A stretch of DNA of 64,000 nt from a virus. Lineage: Duplodnaviria > Heunggongvirae > Uroviricota > Caudoviricetes. The translations under genes and the position numbers were made by a program. Shown here in pieces: positions 50,613 to 59,056 of this stretch (the stretch's first letter is position 1; each line of letters begins with the position of its first letter). The stretch spans positions 257,354-321,353 of the IMG/VR virus record IMGVR_UViG_3300021400_000141; one strand, given 5' to 3'. Below the pieces are notes generated by a model. It had not been told where the DNA came from. It saw only the letters and a list, made by a program, of their open reading frames with translations, and did no database searches.

Positions 50613-50763
50613 GCCGACGCCTCCCCGTCAATCTGGCGACAGGTTGATTAACGGTAGGGGAGGGTTCCTCTTACAACTTTCTCGGTGAAAATCGTTGCGA
50701 TGTGAGAGTTACTTAGATTGCCATAACATTAATCTTTTGAAAGTTCGACTCTTTCCGTCGGCA
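50613..50763 (+). ncRNA. Highly derived tRNA-like RNA with an enlarged D arm and a GTTACTT-containing insert
   Basis: GCCGACG/CGTCGGC acceptor; GAAAG-TTCGACT-CTTTC T-arm; CCTCCCC/GGGGAGG long stem. Confidence 0.55.
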
Positions 50764-50776
50764 TGTTTTTCTTTAC

Positions 50777-50914
50777 GCCAGATTAGCTCAATGGTAGAGC
50801 TCCAGGCCAAAAAACAGCACTTTCGCTTTTCCCAATCCCATGGATTGTGGTGTATGAAATGTGTTACTTAGGATAACACCCAGGAGGTTGTCGGTCCGAG
50901 TCCGACATCTGGCT
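50777..50914 (+). ncRNA. tRNA body with the conserved module in the anticodon arm, immediately upstream of the TROVE gene
   Basis: GCCAGAT/ATCTGGC acceptor, D and T arms; insert has TTTCGCTTTTCCC...GGTG...GAAATGTGTTACTT. Confidence 0.65.
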
Positions 50915-50966
50915 ATACTTTTTTAAACAACATCAACAATTCCTAATCACAACAAAGGAGATGATT

Positions 50967-52307
50967 ATGGCGTCGATTAACAAGAGAAAGGTATCTACCC
51001 CTGTGTTTACTCACGAGGGTGGAAAGGCTTCACACATCGGTTTCGAGGAGAAGTTGCAGCGTACTGTGCTGTGCTGCCTACTGAACGAGGATACGTTCTA
51101 TGAGGACGGAGAGTCCATCAAGGACCGCATCAAGGAATACATGGGCAAGGTCAGCACCGAGTTCGCAATCGCGACTCTGAACAAGGCCAAGCACGAGTAT
51201 CACCTTCGTCATACCCCGTTGTTCATGCTTACTGTGCTCGCAAGTCAGGGTAAGCTGACTAAGGAACTTGTTTATTCGACGGTAACCCGTGTTGATGACA
51301 TCACCGAGTTGCTCGCCATGTACCTCGCAGACGGCAAGAAGAAGACTCTTCCGAAGCAGTTGCAGAAGGGCTTGGCTATGTCGTTCGACAAGTTCGACGA
51401 GTACCAGTTCGGTAAGTACAAGGGTAGCAAGAAGACGGTTTCCTTGAAGGATGCAGTCATGCTGTGCCACCCGAAGGCACCGAATGACGAGAAGAACGCT
51501 CTCTACAAGAAGATTGTGGACAATAGCCTTGCTACTCCGCTTACTTGGGAGACTGAGTTGAGCGCTGGTAAGGACAAGAAGACGGTCTTCGAGAACCTTC
51601 TTTCAACGAACAAGCTGGGTGCACTCGCCCTGTTGAGAAACCTCCGCAACATGGAGCAGGCTCAGGTCTCGCAGCATGCAATCGTAGACGGCATCGCAAA
51701 GATGAACGTGTGTGGTATCATGCCGTACAACTTCTACACCGCAAACAAGCACAGCGATGGAACCTACTCCAAGCAGCTTGAGGCAGCAATGCTTAGGGCA
51801 GCTCGTGAGACGTTCGACAAGTTGGAGGGTAACACCTTGTTCATGGTCGATACGTCGGGTTCTATGAACAACTCTTTGGCAGGTAAGAGCGAGGTCTCTC
51901 GTGGAGAGGCTGCCGCATCCCTCGCTGCCATCATGGATGAGGTCTGTGAGTTCGACAAGGTTTACACCTTCGATATGGATGCACACGCAACCACATCCAA
52001 GGGCTTTGCACTTGCCGACCGTTGTGCTCGTTGCACTGGCGGTACTAACCTTTACGGTTGTACAAACAGTGCGGTTAGAGCTAACACCAGACCGTTTGAC
52101 CGTGTGATTATCATCACCGACGAGCAGTCTATTGGTGGTTCCTTCGACAAGGATGTTCTCCGCATCCCGCACAAGTACATCGTGAACGTTGCCCCTTACC
52201 AGTTCGGTATTGCATACGGTGACTTCATCCACATCAACGGATTCAGCGACGGTATTTTCAAGTACATCGCTGAGTACGAGAAGATGGGTGCAAAGAGCGA
52301 AGAGTAA
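50967..52307 (+). CDS. Ro60/TROVE-domain RNA-binding protein with a vWA domain
   Basis: THEGG, HLRHTPL, LTWETELS, LALLRNLRNM; vWA DTSGSM and IIITDEQ; SD AAGGAG. Confidence 0.9.
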   Translation: MASINKRKVSTPVFTHEGGKASHIGFEEKLQRTVLCCLLNEDTFYEDGESIKDRIKEYMGKVSTEFAIATLNKAKHEYHLRHTPLFMLTVLASQGKLTKELVYSTVTRVDDITELLAMYLADGKKKTLPKQLQKGLAMSFDKFDEYQFGKYKGSKKTVSLKDAVMLCHPKAPNDEKNALYKKIVDNSLATPLTWETELSAGKDKKTVFENLLSTNKLGALALLRNLRNMEQAQVSQHAIVDGIAKMNVCGIMPYNFYTANKHSDGTYSKQLEAAMLRAARETFDKLEGNTLFMVDTSGSMNNSLAGKSEVSRGEAAASLAAIMDEVCEFDKVYTFDMDAHATTSKGFALADRCARCTGGTNLYGCTNSAVRANTRPFDRVIIITDEQSIGGSFDKDVLRIPHKYIVNVAPYQFGIAYGDFIHINGFSDGIFKYIAEYEKMGAKSEE

Positions 52308-52329
52308 TTTCTTTGTTCGTTAGACATTA

Positions 52330-52356
52330 GGGTGGCCGAAAGGCCATCCGTTTTTT
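52330..52356 (+). terminator. Intrinsic terminator after TROVE
   Basis: GGGTGGCC-GAAA-GGCCATCC followed by TTTTTT. Confidence 0.7.
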
Positions 52357-52429
52357 AGGGCGTTCGACCAGTTGGTAGGTCTGCAGTCTCCAAAACTGTT
52401 AGTCGGTGGTTCGAGTCCATCACGTCCTG
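52357..52429 (+). tRNA. tRNA-Trp(CCA)
   Basis: GCAGT-CTCCAAA-ACTGT; G73. Confidence 0.88.
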
Positions 52430-52435
52430 CTATAT

Positions 52436-52518
52436 CGGTTAGTGGTGGAATGGAAGACACTCCAGCCTTAGGAGCTGGTGCTCGAAAGGGCGTGTGGGTT
52501 CGAGTCCCACCTTGCCGA
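52436..52518 (+). tRNA. tRNA-Leu(TAG)
   Basis: CCAGC-CTTAGGA-GCTGG; long variable arm. Confidence 0.88.
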
Positions 52519-52532
52519 TTATTTTTTCACTT

Positions 52533-52616
52533 CGGTAGGTGGCGGAACTGGTAGGCGCGTCAGCTTGAGGGGCTGGTGTTCGAAAGGACGTGAGGGTTCG
52601 AGTCCCTCCTTACCGA
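52533..52616 (+). tRNA. tRNA-Leu(GAG)
   Basis: TCAGC-TTGAGGG-GCTGG. Confidence 0.9.
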
Positions 52617-52641
52617 CTATCTTGAACTTGATTGACTGTTT

Positions 52642-52725
52642 CGGTAGGTGGCGGAATTGGCATACGCGCCAGACTCAAAATCTGGTATTCGCAAGAGTGT
52701 GAGGGTTCAAGCCCCTCCCTACCGA
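52642..52725 (+). tRNA. tRNA-Leu(CAA)
   Basis: CCAGA-CTCAAAA-TCTGG. Confidence 0.9.
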
Positions 52726-52736
52726 CTAATGAACTT

Positions 52737-52809
52737 GCCCGAGTAGCTCAATGGATAGAGCAACGGTTTTCTAAACCGTCGGTTACAGGTTCGACCCCTG
52801 TCTCGGGTA
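52737..52809 (+). tRNA. tRNA-Arg(TCT)
   Basis: ACGGT-TTTCTAA-ACCGT. Confidence 0.9.
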
Positions 52810-52838
52810 CTAATTGCAAAACCGAAAGATGAAATCAT

Positions 52839-52868
52839 GGGCCCGACTTCAATAGTCGGGCCTTTTTT
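52839..52868 (+). terminator. Intrinsic terminator closing the tRNA array
   Basis: GGCCCGACT-TCAAT-AGTCGGGCC followed by TTTTTT. Confidence 0.8.
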
Positions 52869-52869
52869 G

Positions 52870-52898
52870 TTGACATAATAGGTATATTTTACTATATT
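52870..52898 (+). promoter_or_regulatory. Sigma70-type promoter for the ligase
   Basis: TTGACA-N17-TATATT. Confidence 0.7.
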
Positions 52899-52920
52899 TT
52901 CTAGCAAGCAAGGAAATTCT

Positions 52921-54258
52921 ATGCAGAACACTGACTTTATTGAAACTCTTTCCGCAAAACTGACTGACGGTGTACAACCAGCTATGGATTTGGTGGTAGA
53001 AAACATCCTAAATGAATCTGATTTTGCAAAGTATGGCAACGACGAAGAGGATGTTTACTACAAGTATTCAATCCTCCTTCGTGCATCTGGGTTCCGCCCG
53101 AACGAGTTCGAAAATGAACTGAGGGCATCCGTAAGTGCCGCATCAGATATTGCTGTCACGTCGAATTCGAAAAGAGGCAAGGCTTTGGACCGTGAGTCGT
53201 TGCTGTGCGAGGTGATTGAATATCTCGCCAAGGAATACTACAACGGTCATGAAAAGGCTTCAGACGATGCGTATGACGGTCTCGTAATGGAACTTCGGTC
53301 TATCAATCCGAAGAACCCGTTGGCTGCGGGTGGGTTGGCGGCAGCCGACGATACGGGCCGCAAGAAATTCCAGCATTACCTTGTTACGGGAACACAGCAG
53401 AAGTATGCCAATATGGACGCATTTGCGGAAGAATGGTTCCCGCAGTATGGTGGCAAGCATCGCCTTATGCTGAATGGAAAATGCGATGGTGCTGGCAGCG
53501 AAGTTATGTATCAGGACGGTCATATCATCCAAGCGATTTCCCGTGGCGACGGTTTCCAAGGTGAGGATATAACTCAATCTGCTTTGAAGTGGAAGGGTCT
53601 TATTCATGAAATTCCGAACTTCACGGGTTCAATCCGTGGTGAGTTCATGTTGAAGGAAAGCGTATTTCTCGAAAAGTATTCCCAGTCGAAGAAGACAGCT
53701 AGAAACGCCAGTGCAGGAATCTCTAAGCGTCTTGACGGTTCTGGCTCAGAAGATATGTCCTTTGTCGCATACGATGTTCTCAACAGGGCTCCAACACAGT
53801 TCAAGACCGAACTGGAAAAGATGCAGTGGCTGGAATCCTGCGGGTTTGAAGTTCCTATGTACGAACTTGTCGATACGCTAGAACAGATTGAAGCGTTCCG
53901 TGAAAAGGTGTTCGCCAGTCGAAAGAAATCTATTGACTACGGTTGCGATGGCATTGTTGTCAAGATAAACGACATCGATTATGAAGACCTTCGCCGCAAG
54001 ACCCCGATGACCCAGTGTGCCATCAAGTTCAAGCTGGAAACTGCAGAAACCAATCTAATTGGAATAGAATGGAGCTGCAAGGGTAGGTATCTTTCTCCCG
54101 TAGCCATCCTGACCCCGACTGAACTGGATGGTGTTACTGTCGAGCGTGCATCATTGGCTAACTTAAATAAAATGATGCAAATGGGCATCCAAATTGGCTG
54201 TAAAGTGCAAATTTCCCGTCATGGAGAGGTAATTCCGCAGGTTGATAAGGTTGTGTAA
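52921..54258 (+). CDS. ligA: NAD-dependent DNA ligase, N-terminal part (adenylation and OB domains)
   Basis: YYNG..SDDAYD, GKCDG (KxDG), ISRGDG..GEDIT, RGE, RNASAG, DGIVVK, AIKF, GEVIPQV. Confidence 0.9.
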   Translation: MQNTDFIETLSAKLTDGVQPAMDLVVENILNESDFAKYGNDEEDVYYKYSILLRASGFRPNEFENELRASVSAASDIAVTSNSKRGKALDRESLLCEVIEYLAKEYYNGHEKASDDAYDGLVMELRSINPKNPLAAGGLAAADDTGRKKFQHYLVTGTQQKYANMDAFAEEWFPQYGGKHRLMLNGKCDGAGSEVMYQDGHIIQAISRGDGFQGEDITQSALKWKGLIHEIPNFTGSIRGEFMLKESVFLEKYSQSKKTARNASAGISKRLDGSGSEDMSFVAYDVLNRAPTQFKTELEKMQWLESCGFEVPMYELVDTLEQIEAFREKVFASRKKSIDYGCDGIVVKINDIDYEDLRRKTPMTQCAIKFKLETAETNLIGIEWSCKGRYLSPVAILTPTELDGVTVERASLANLNKMMQMGIQIGCKVQISRHGEVIPQVDKVV

Positions 54259-54280
54259 ATGAAATTTTACATTTAAGGTG

Positions 54281-54309
54281 TTGCCAAAAAGTATTTAATT
54301 AGGTATATT
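54281..54309 (+). promoter_or_regulatory. Sigma70-type promoter inside the split ligase locus
   Basis: TTGCCA-N17-TATATT. Confidence 0.65.
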
Positions 54310-54335
54310 TTAGGTATAAACAAAGAGGTAACATC

Positions 54336-54995
54336 ATGAAACAGCTAATCGTCATCATCCTTGCTTTCGTCGCAATGACCTTTGCGGAAGGCTTTCATAA
54401 TGGAACGGGGTTCTTTATCAACTCCGAGTACATCGTAACGGCATATCATGTCGTAGAGGATTACGACTACAATTGTTATTACGATATCCAGAACGATTCG
54501 TGCTATAAGGTGAGTATCGTTGATTACGATAAGGAAAGAGACATTGTTCTCTTGAAGCTGGACGAGGAACCTGTCGCAATGCCTATGGTGTGCCGCATCG
54601 CACACACAGAATTGCCTGTCGGGGAAAAACTTACCTCGTATGGCTACCCAGAACCGTTCCTTGACCATGATTTGACTGTTATCCCGATGAATATCCGTGT
54701 TCAATATCGTTACGACGGGGATTATAGTTATTATCGCATGACTGGAACTCTGCAGCTTGGTATGTCTGGTGGGCCCAATTTTACAAAGGATGGTCGAATT
54801 GGTGGAGTGAGCAAGTCGATATCGACGATGGAAAGGAATACCAGCAACCTGATTAAGTCTACAGAAGTGATTCGTCTTATTCGCAGAAATGGTGTAAGGG
54901 AATATCCGAACACCAAGAATGTTAAAAAGTGTGTTATCAGCATTGTGAACAGCAAGAAAGTATTCAAGTCTGCTCACACAGAATGGGGGGTATAA
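54336..54995 (+). CDS. Secreted trypsin-like serine protease
   Basis: Signal peptide MKQLIVIILAFVAMTFA; GTGF, TAYHVV (His), DIVLL (Asp), GMSGGP (Ser). Confidence 0.85.
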   Translation: MKQLIVIILAFVAMTFAEGFHNGTGFFINSEYIVTAYHVVEDYDYNCYYDIQNDSCYKVSIVDYDKERDIVLLKLDEEPVAMPMVCRIAHTELPVGEKLTSYGYPEPFLDHDLTVIPMNIRVQYRYDGDYSYYRMTGTLQLGMSGGPNFTKDGRIGGVSKSISTMERNTSNLIKSTEVIRLIRRNGVREYPNTKNVKKCVISIVNSKKVFKSAHTEWGV

Positions 54996-55888
54996 TGGTT
55001 CCCGAAAAATATAGAGAATACGTGGCATCGAACATCGAGTTTCCGAAGGAATGTCCTGTCTGCCACGGTGAGTTGAACGTATTGGATAACGGGATGGTTT
55101 GCTGCGTTAACCCGTCCTGCCCGCAGAAGATTGTCCACAAGTTTGCAAACTTCTTCGATGTCTTGGCGATTGACGGTGCAGGCGAAAGCTGTGTTTCGGC
55201 CCTTGTCAATGAAGTGGGGATGAAACGTATTCCCGAGTTGATTTCCGATGCTATCTCTGGTGGAAACGGACTGTCTGCAGCAATGAAGAGCCAAGTGAAT
55301 GGAGCGAAGTTGCGGAAGAACATGCTTGCTGCCATGAATGAACCTATTTCCATGAGCAAGTTCCTCTCTCTGTTTGATTTTGATGGGTTCTCGGAAGCTA
55401 AGTTGTCTGGATTGGAACGCCTTGAAGTGTTCGGTGGATGGTATGACAATCCGTTGGGTACACTGGCTACCCTCCGTTCCTATACCCCAGAGAAGCTTTC
55501 CATGTTGGTTATTCCTGGGTTCAGTGCGTATGAAGTCAAGTTGAATTTGTTTACGCAGGTGTTCGACTGTCTTGATGAAATCACTGGAACGGTTGAAATG
55601 GGCAAATTTACATTCAAGAAGTCTGTAGAAATGGATGCTCTCGGTGGGATGTCGTTCTGTTTCACAGGTGCGATGGAGTACAATCGTGACGACCTTGAAC
55701 GCACGGTAAAGGCGTATGGCGGGCTCGTGAAGGGTAGCGTTAGTGCCAAGCTGGACTATCTCGTTCAGGCCGATGAAAATTCCACCTCGACAAAGTCTAA
55801 GAAGGCGAAGCAGCTCGGTGTAAAGATTATTACCCCAGAAAAGTTCTTTGCCCTATTGAAAGAAAAGGGTGTAAATACTATATTGTAA
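54995..55888 (+). CDS. ligA: NAD-dependent DNA ligase, C-terminal part (Zn finger, HhH, BRCT)
   Basis: CPVC...CVNPSC; FCFTGAM..NRDDL...GG.VKGSVSAKLDYLV...KSKKAKQLGVKII; TAATG-coupled start. Confidence 0.88.
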   Translation: MVPEKYREYVASNIEFPKECPVCHGELNVLDNGMVCCVNPSCPQKIVHKFANFFDVLAIDGAGESCVSALVNEVGMKRIPELISDAISGGNGLSAAMKSQVNGAKLRKNMLAAMNEPISMSKFLSLFDFDGFSEAKLSGLERLEVFGGWYDNPLGTLATLRSYTPEKLSMLVIPGFSAYEVKLNLFTQVFDCLDEITGTVEMGKFTFKKSVEMDALGGMSFCFTGAMEYNRDDLERTVKAYGGLVKGSVSAKLDYLVQADENSTSTKSKKAKQLGVKIITPEKFFALLKEKGVNTIL

Positions 55889-55900
55889 TTGGAGGTTCTT

Positions 55901-56287
55901 ATGGAAGAAGAGGAACTTAAAGATTTGAGCATCGATGTCAAGGAATGGTTCTTGGACCAGGTTGAAATCGATTGCGATTGCATGAATGTTGAGAGCGAAG
56001 CCGAAGGCGATGATGACAGCGAGGTTGTCATCACTGTAGGATATCATTCCAAGGACTGGTCGGTTGCCGACCCTGATGGAAGGACATTCGAAACGGAAAC
56101 TGCTCTTGAAGAGTACTTGAAGGAGAAGATTTCCGCTGACCTGGAAGATGTTCTCTCTCATTACGATGTGGAATATTCCAAGTTGGACGTGAATGCCGCT
56201 TCGATGTTTGACTTCTGCGTTACCATCGAAGGAAAGTATGTTCCAAAGGAAGAAACAGACGAAACGGATTCGTCAGACCTTTATTAA
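55901..56287 (+). CDS. Acidic hypothetical protein
   Basis: SD GGAGG; D/E-rich. Confidence 0.65.
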   Translation: MEEEELKDLSIDVKEWFLDQVEIDCDCMNVESEAEGDDDSEVVITVGYHSKDWSVADPDGRTFETETALEEYLKEKISADLEDVLSHYDVEYSKLDVNAASMFDFCVTIEGKYVPKEETDETDSSDLY

Positions 56288-56302
56288 CCGAAGAGGATTA
56301 AA

Positions 56303-56740
56303 ATGAAAGAAGTACAAATCAAAATCAAGTATCTTGACGACAGCATCAAGCGTTTGACCTACGTGGAAGGCAAGTCCGACTGGATTGACTTGGCCTCCGC
56401 TGAAACTGTCACGTTGAAGAAGGGAGAATTCAAGCTTATCCACCTTGGCGTTGCTATGGAGCTTCCCGAAGGTTACGAAGCTCATATCGCCCCCCGTAGT
56501 TCTACGTTCAAGAACTTCAAGATTCTTGAAACGAACAGCGTCGGTGTTGTTGACCGTTCCTACTGTGGCCCGAACGACTGGTGGAAGATGGCTGTGTACG
56601 CAACGGAAGACACCACCATCAACAAGGGTGACCGCATTGCACAGTTCCGCATCATTGAAAACCAGCCGAAGCTGAACTTTGTCGAATCCGAACTGACTGG
56701 TCAAGACCGTGGTGGTTTCGGCTCTACTGGCAAAAATTAA
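56303..56740 (+). CDS. dut: dUTPase (trimeric type)
   Basis: [28 protein letters not shown]. Confidence 0.93.
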   Translation: MKEVQIKIKYLDDSIKRLTYVEGKSDWIDLASAETVTLKKGEFKLIHLGVAMELPEGYEAHIAPRSSTFKNFKILETNSVGVVDRSYCGPNDWWKMAVYATEDTTINKGDRIAQFRIIENQPKLNFVESELTGQDRGGFGSTGKN

Positions 56741-56953
56741 TCGGATTTTTTCGATATATAAACAATAGGATGAGTGTCAGCGAAGTGTGTCGCCATCATA
56801 TTGGCATGGGGCCGTCGCTGGCACTTATCTTATTTTAGCCTATCTGCAAGTGTAGAAAAGGTTTCTGGGGTCGTCAGAGCAATCTGGCGGCCCCTGTTTT
56901 TGTCTTGTGTCTTCCCAAAGATATAAACCCTTATTAGGTGCACAGGAGCCCTC

Positions 56954-57346
56954 ATGAAAGAGCTAATTAAATCGCTTACGTCCATGGGCCTTACGGTAAC
57001 CAGGGATGGGATGATAATCTATGACAACATCACATTTGGCAAATTTGATTCAAGCGGGAGACCAGCAATATATTGCTACCCATTCATATGCTGGGATGAT
57101 GACCAAGACAAGGAATGGCTCGATTCAAGCGAAAGCATCAGCGTAGATGACGAGTTCTACGACTATTACGAACAGTTTTGCGCGGACTACCACAGCCTGT
57201 TCAACTACAACAAGATGGGAGGCATATCCTTGTGTGGAAGTGTGTCCAAGCATGACGTTAACATCGTCGAACTCATCCGTGATGTCCTTCAAATTTATAA
57301 GGAAATTGTACGGGATTTGAGAGAGAAAGCTATCCAAAATTTTTAG
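56954..57346 (+). CDS. Hypothetical protein
   Basis: SD AGGAG; 130 aa. Confidence 0.6.
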   Translation: MKELIKSLTSMGLTVTRDGMIIYDNITFGKFDSSGRPAIYCYPFICWDDDQDKEWLDSSESISVDDEFYDYYEQFCADYHSLFNYNKMGGISLCGSVSKHDVNIVELIRDVLQIYKEIVRDLREKAIQNF

Positions 57347-57404
57347 TCTGAACAGGCCCGAAACTATAAACTAAGGGTATGGTTAGATACCCGAGGGTAA
57401 GTAT

Positions 57405-57833
57405 ATGGCAGAAATGTGGATAGCGGCGTTGAAGACTAACAGTCCAGTGTTGCTGATATTCACGTTGGTTGCTCTTGGATTGTTTTATCTCATCAAGCGG
57501 ATTGAAACACAAAGGAAGGATACAGGGGTTAAACGCAACGAACAATTCGGTCAAGTGGAAAAGAAGTTCCTTGAAATGCAACTGGAATACCAGAAGAAGG
57601 AGTCTGCTTACAGGGAGCAGCTTATTATTCTGGAAAACAAGATTTCATTGACCCAGAAGGATGTCGATGGTGTAAAGGACAAATTGAAGATTGTGGACTC
57701 TAAATTAGAGCAGATTACTACGACCTTGAATGCCATCAACGATACCCTGTCGGGTATCAAATCGACTTTATCCACATCGTTGATTGCGCTTGAAAAACGA
57801 ATTGAAAGAGTGGAAAACACAAAAGATGATTAA
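57405..57833 (+). CDS. Membrane-anchored coiled-coil protein
   Basis: TM segment VLLIFTLVALGLFYLI then heptads; TATAAACTA at 57365. Confidence 0.65.
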   Translation: MAEMWIAALKTNSPVLLIFTLVALGLFYLIKRIETQRKDTGVKRNEQFGQVEKKFLEMQLEYQKKESAYREQLIILENKISLTQKDVDGVKDKLKIVDSKLEQITTTLNAINDTLSGIKSTLSTSLIALEKRIERVENTKDD

Positions 57834-57848
57834 AACTGAGGGGGATGT

Positions 57849-58589
57849 ATGAGCTGTGGATGCAACAACGGGAAACCGAACGAAGTTTATGACAGGATGC
57901 CATACATGAGGCAGACCCCGACGCATCATCATTGCTGCCCGCCACCGCCTCCACTGTTTATGCCGTTCCAGCCGCCACCATGGTTTGGACCGTGCTTTCC
58001 GCCTCCACCGAGGCAGGCTGGCCCGTGGGAGTACACTCCATCGAGAATGTATCCAGGCCCTCCTCCTTGCGGATGCGGTCCTCTTCCACATATTCCTCCA
58101 CCATACCCACATTTTTGGCCGCATCCGTGGCACCAGCCCTATTTCAGAGGTCCGACCTTCCGTTACCAGTGCATGCCTCAACAGGCTCCTGTATGCGGTT
58201 GTATGGGGCCAGTAGGACCTATGCCGCCTCACCCGCATCATGACTGCGGATGCCATCCTAGACCTATATGGCCGAACCCAATAGGCCCGATGCCTCCTAT
58301 ACCGCCGAGACCGCTTCCACCTCCTCCACCAGACAAGCCTGAGATAGCTCTCCATCCGAGACGCATAGTTGCATCAGTTCCTACTGAACATCACGAGGCA
58401 AGCATAGTCGAATACAGCAACGGACACTTCGACGTGATTGCAAATGGATATGTACCAGTAGGTGGTGGACGCAACAACGGCCCGAAGTGCTGGCATGCCC
58501 AGGACATTCGTGGAAACATCTCCGACTCCGAAGGTCTCGACACGGTCAACTTCCAGTTCAACACGTCTGATGCAGGGTCAAGTTTCTAA
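57849..58589 (+). CDS. Pro/Cys/His-rich low-complexity protein
   Basis: CGC repeats, HHHCC and poly-Pro; SD GAGGGG. Confidence 0.6.
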   Translation: MSCGCNNGKPNEVYDRMPYMRQTPTHHHCCPPPPPLFMPFQPPPWFGPCFPPPPRQAGPWEYTPSRMYPGPPPCGCGPLPHIPPPYPHFWPHPWHQPYFRGPTFRYQCMPQQAPVCGCMGPVGPMPPHPHHDCGCHPRPIWPNPIGPMPPIPPRPLPPPPPDKPEIALHPRRIVASVPTEHHEASIVEYSNGHFDVIANGYVPVGGGRNNGPKCWHAQDIRGNISDSEGLDTVNFQFNTSDAGSSF

Positions 58590-59005
58590 TGGATAAGCAT
58601 TCAACATTTGTCGATACTGTCAAGAAGCTCGGACTGGATGCTTATGTCTTTGAGTGCATTGCTAGTATTCACAAGGCGTGTTTTGAACAGGTTGCTTTCG
58701 ACGTGAATGCAAAGCCAAATCCAGAATCCCCTATTCCTTGGAGGCATACAGGACAGATAAACCGTCTGCCAAGCCTTATGGGAAAGAAAGAAGTTGGATA
58801 CGACAATGCAAACTCGGAGTGGTTCCCAGAGAGCAAGGTGGCGACTGACGACCCTACTGTTAAAAACCTGATTGCCTCATCGAAGGAAAGCCAGATGGGA
58901 TATCGTGTTGGAACATGGGGCGGACCAGGACGCACAGTCCTCGGAAAGAGTTCTGCGCTCTCGAACGAAAACATCTGCGCGGACACGAGTTCAAGCCAGA
59001 CCTAA
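58589..59005 (+). CDS. Hypothetical protein with the shared N-terminal leader
   Basis: FVDTVKKLGLDAYVFECIASIHKACFEQ. Confidence 0.7.
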   Translation: MDKHSTFVDTVKKLGLDAYVFECIASIHKACFEQVAFDVNAKPNPESPIPWRHTGQINRLPSLMGKKEVGYDNANSEWFPESKVATDDPTVKNLIASSKESQMGYRVGTWGGPGRTVLGKSSALSNENICADTSSSQT

Positions 59006-59056
59006 ATGAAAAAGCAATCGGAAATACGATTGCTTTTCTGTTTTAATTCCATTTAA

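Noticed and set aside
42460-52870. CRISPR array or rRNA in the non-coding region
   Set aside because: No regularly spaced direct repeats and no rRNA signature sequences. The repetition is explained by tRNA arms and the described module.
54259-54995. Intein, intron or homing endonuclease interrupting ligA
   Set aside because: The insert is a separate ORF with a signal peptide and protease motifs, with no LAGLIDADG/HNH/GIY-YIG or splicing motifs.
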